A DNA stretch of 29,905 nucleotides, taken from positions 1 through 29,905 of the forward strand of contig JAEOTE010000036.1 of assembly GCA_016839945.1 (NCBI GenBank). The letters run 5' to 3'. Source of the stretch: Candidatus Heimdallarchaeota archaeon (GTDB taxonomy: Archaea > Asgardarchaeota > Heimdallarchaeia > Heimdallarchaeales > Heimdallarchaeaceae). This document shows, piece after piece, positions 28,240 to 29,905 of the stretch; positions within the stretch are counted from its first letter, which is position 1; each line of letters starts with the position of its first letter. The notes beneath the pieces are model-generated. The model searched no databases, was not told the DNA's origin, and saw nothing but the letters and a program-made list of their open reading frames with translations. The translations under genes and the position numbers were made by a program.

Positions 28240-29193
28240 ATGAACAATTCAGCAATAAGAATCCAGAATTTAACTAAATTCTATGAAACTAATAAAGTTA
28301 AAGCAGTAGATTCACTGGACTTGGATATATTCAAAGGAGAGATTTTTGGCTTACTAGGTCCTAACGGTGCTGGAGAAACAACTCTAATTCGTATGCTCGT
28401 AGGATTACTAAAATCTACATCTGGTCAGATTTTATTTGATGGAGAAGAACTGAATGTAAATTCTCCTCGATTAAAAAACCAAATCGGTTATGTACCTCAA
28501 GAAACAGCATTCTGGAAGAACCTAACAGTTTATGAAAATCTCAATGTAATAGGAACTACCTATAATATTCCAAATAAAGAATTGAAAGAAAGAATCAATC
28601 ATCTTTTGGAAGGTTTATACTTAGTTGATCATAAGAAGAAGCTGGCATCTAAGCTATCTGGTGGTATGCAAAGGCGATTAAACCTTGCAATGGGTATGGT
28701 TCATAATCCTCGAATTTTGTTACTAGATGAAGTATTTGTTGGATTAGATCCACAAACACGAAATTATCTTTATGATTACCTAAGAGATTTTGCTTCTAAG
28801 GAAAATAAAACAATTATTATTACGAGTCATCTTATGGAAATAGTCGATGCATTATCTGATAGAGTAGGTATTCTTGACCTAGGAAAAATGTTAGCTGTTG
28901 ATACTCCTGAAAATCTTAAGAACACTTATGGAAAGGGAGATATTCTTGAACTGGAAATTGACAAAGAATTTACTGAAGATTTAATCAGCAAGGTTGAGAA
29001 ATCTGAAAAAGATCTGGAAGTTGAAAAGAAAGATCAGATAATCATAGTCAATACTTTAAATGCAATATCTAAGATTCCTGAAATTCTAAATACAATTGAA
29101 AATGAAGGTTTTTCAGTGCTTGACGTAAAGATAGCCAAACAATCCCTAGAGACTGTTTTCATAAGTCTTACAGGTAAGGAGTTAAGGGTGTGA
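28240..29193 (+). CDS. ABC-2/DrrA-type ABC transporter ATP-binding protein with atypical Walker A
   Basis: GPNGAGETT, GYVPQ, LSGGMQRR, LLLDE, TSH, C-terminal SLETVFISLTG. Confidence 0.92.
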   Translation: MNNSAIRIQNLTKFYETNKVKAVDSLDLDIFKGEIFGLLGPNGAGETTLIRMLVGLLKSTSGQILFDGEELNVNSPRLKNQIGYVPQETAFWKNLTVYENLNVIGTTYNIPNKELKERINHLLEGLYLVDHKKKLASKLSGGMQRRLNLAMGMVHNPRILLLDEVFVGLDPQTRNYLYDYLRDFASKENKTIIITSHLMEIVDALSDRVGILDLGKMLAVDTPENLKNTYGKGDILELEIDKEFTEDLISKVEKSEKDLEVEKKDQIIIVNTLNAISKIPEILNTIENEGFSVLDVKIAKQSLETVFISLTGKELRV

Positions 29194-29905
29194 TGAAAAT
29201 GGAAGAAGAAAATAAGAAACAAAATAAATTTGGTACTTTCGCTAAAAATCTAGGATTTGAATTTAGAACTACTTTTGCATTAGGTCTCAAATACATCAAA
29301 GAGATTTTTCGTTCGAAGCTCTTTCTAATAATTGCTATTGGCTTACCTACTATACTTATGGTTTTTATGGGAATAGCCTTTGGAGGATCTATATCTTCAA
29401 TTGAATCATACAATGTTTTAGTAATTAATGAAGATAATGGATTTATTAATGGTACTACAACTTACATGTTTGGCGAGGATCTAATTAGTACATTAGAATT
29501 AGTAACTTATCCAATTGAAGAAGGAGAGCTTCCAGTACAGATTTTCTATGTTTATGAAACAGAAGAATACAATCAATCAACAGAGGATTTTCTCATATAT
29601 GAGGAACATGGTCTGCACTTTACGATTATAATACCTGAAAATTTCAGTGAAGTGATTTTCAACTTTGATAATGAAGTTAAACTTACAATTGTGGGAGATC
29701 CAACTATGGGAACTTATCATAGCGCAGTTTCAGAATTCACAACAATCTATAACGAGTTTGTAGATAATACTAGAGCAGGTTTAGGAGATGTAACTGGAGA
29801 GAGCTCATTTGTAGAGAACTTCATTGGAATTGTAGGAAATACAACTGTTTTTGATATGATGGTACCAGGTATAATAATTATTGGGATTGTGTTGAATATA
29901 GTCTT
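29193..29905 (+). CDS. ABC-2 type permease, 3'-truncated by window edge
   Basis: TGATG coupling to the ATPase; MKMEEENKKQ...KEIFRSKLFLIIAIGLPTILMVFMGIAFGG...IIIPENFS...FDMMVPGIII. Confidence 0.85.
   Translation, partial: MKMEEENKKQNKFGTFAKNLGFEFRTTFALGLKYIKEIFRSKLFLIIAIGLPTILMVFMGIAFGGSISSIESYNVLVINEDNGFINGTTTYMFGEDLISTLELVTYPIEEGELPVQIFYVYETEEYNQSTEDFLIYEEHGLHFTIIIPENFSEVIFNFDNEVKLTIVGDPTMGTYHSAVSEFTTIYNEFVDNTRAGLGDVTGESSFVENFIGIVGNTTVFDMMVPGIIIIGIVLNIV

Noticed and set aside
2334-29413. Short antisense or overlapping ORFs in the track (e.g. 2334-2543, 3987-4196, 4365-4619, 7682-7939, 9181-9384, 15768-16145, 27549-27878, 29168-29413)
   Set aside because: They lie opposite or across well-supported genes and carry no recognisable motifs
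1-29905. CRISPR array, tRNA or rRNA genes
   Set aside because: No regularly spaced repeats and no GC-rich structured segments seen by eye; tRNAscan-SE and Infernal would be needed to exclude them formally

Overview
AT-rich, densely coding, apparently chromosomal window with about 28 protein-coding genes (two cut by the window edges) and one gene remnant. I see no rRNA, tRNA, CRISPR array, transposase or integrase. The gene content suggests an archaeon, possibly Asgard/Heimdallarchaeia-like (inference only): archaeal-type PHP protein, two-domain MgtE/SLC41 transporter, C-terminally anchored surface proteins, TPR proteins and an oligo-T terminator. The most notable element is a co-oriented trio at 9455-13194: a tandem metallophosphoesterase with one intact and one degenerate domain, a highly divergent RtcB-fold protein that keeps the metal His/Cys and nucleophilic His but has altered substrate-contacting residues, and a glycerophosphodiester phosphodiesterase. 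It is transcribed divergently from a small Cys-rich protein I cannot assign. That protein has a paralog 15 kb away, directly upstream of a cold-shock gene and behind a TetR gene with two operator-like sites. Other points: an in-frame TGA in the acidic N-terminus of a TPR gene, an internally deleted BtrH-like paralog, a PadR-degenerate methyltransferase fusion, an ABC ATPase with Walker A K->E, and a homocysteine methyltransferase domain lacking the usual ET motif. All family calls come from motif recognition by eye; no searches were run.
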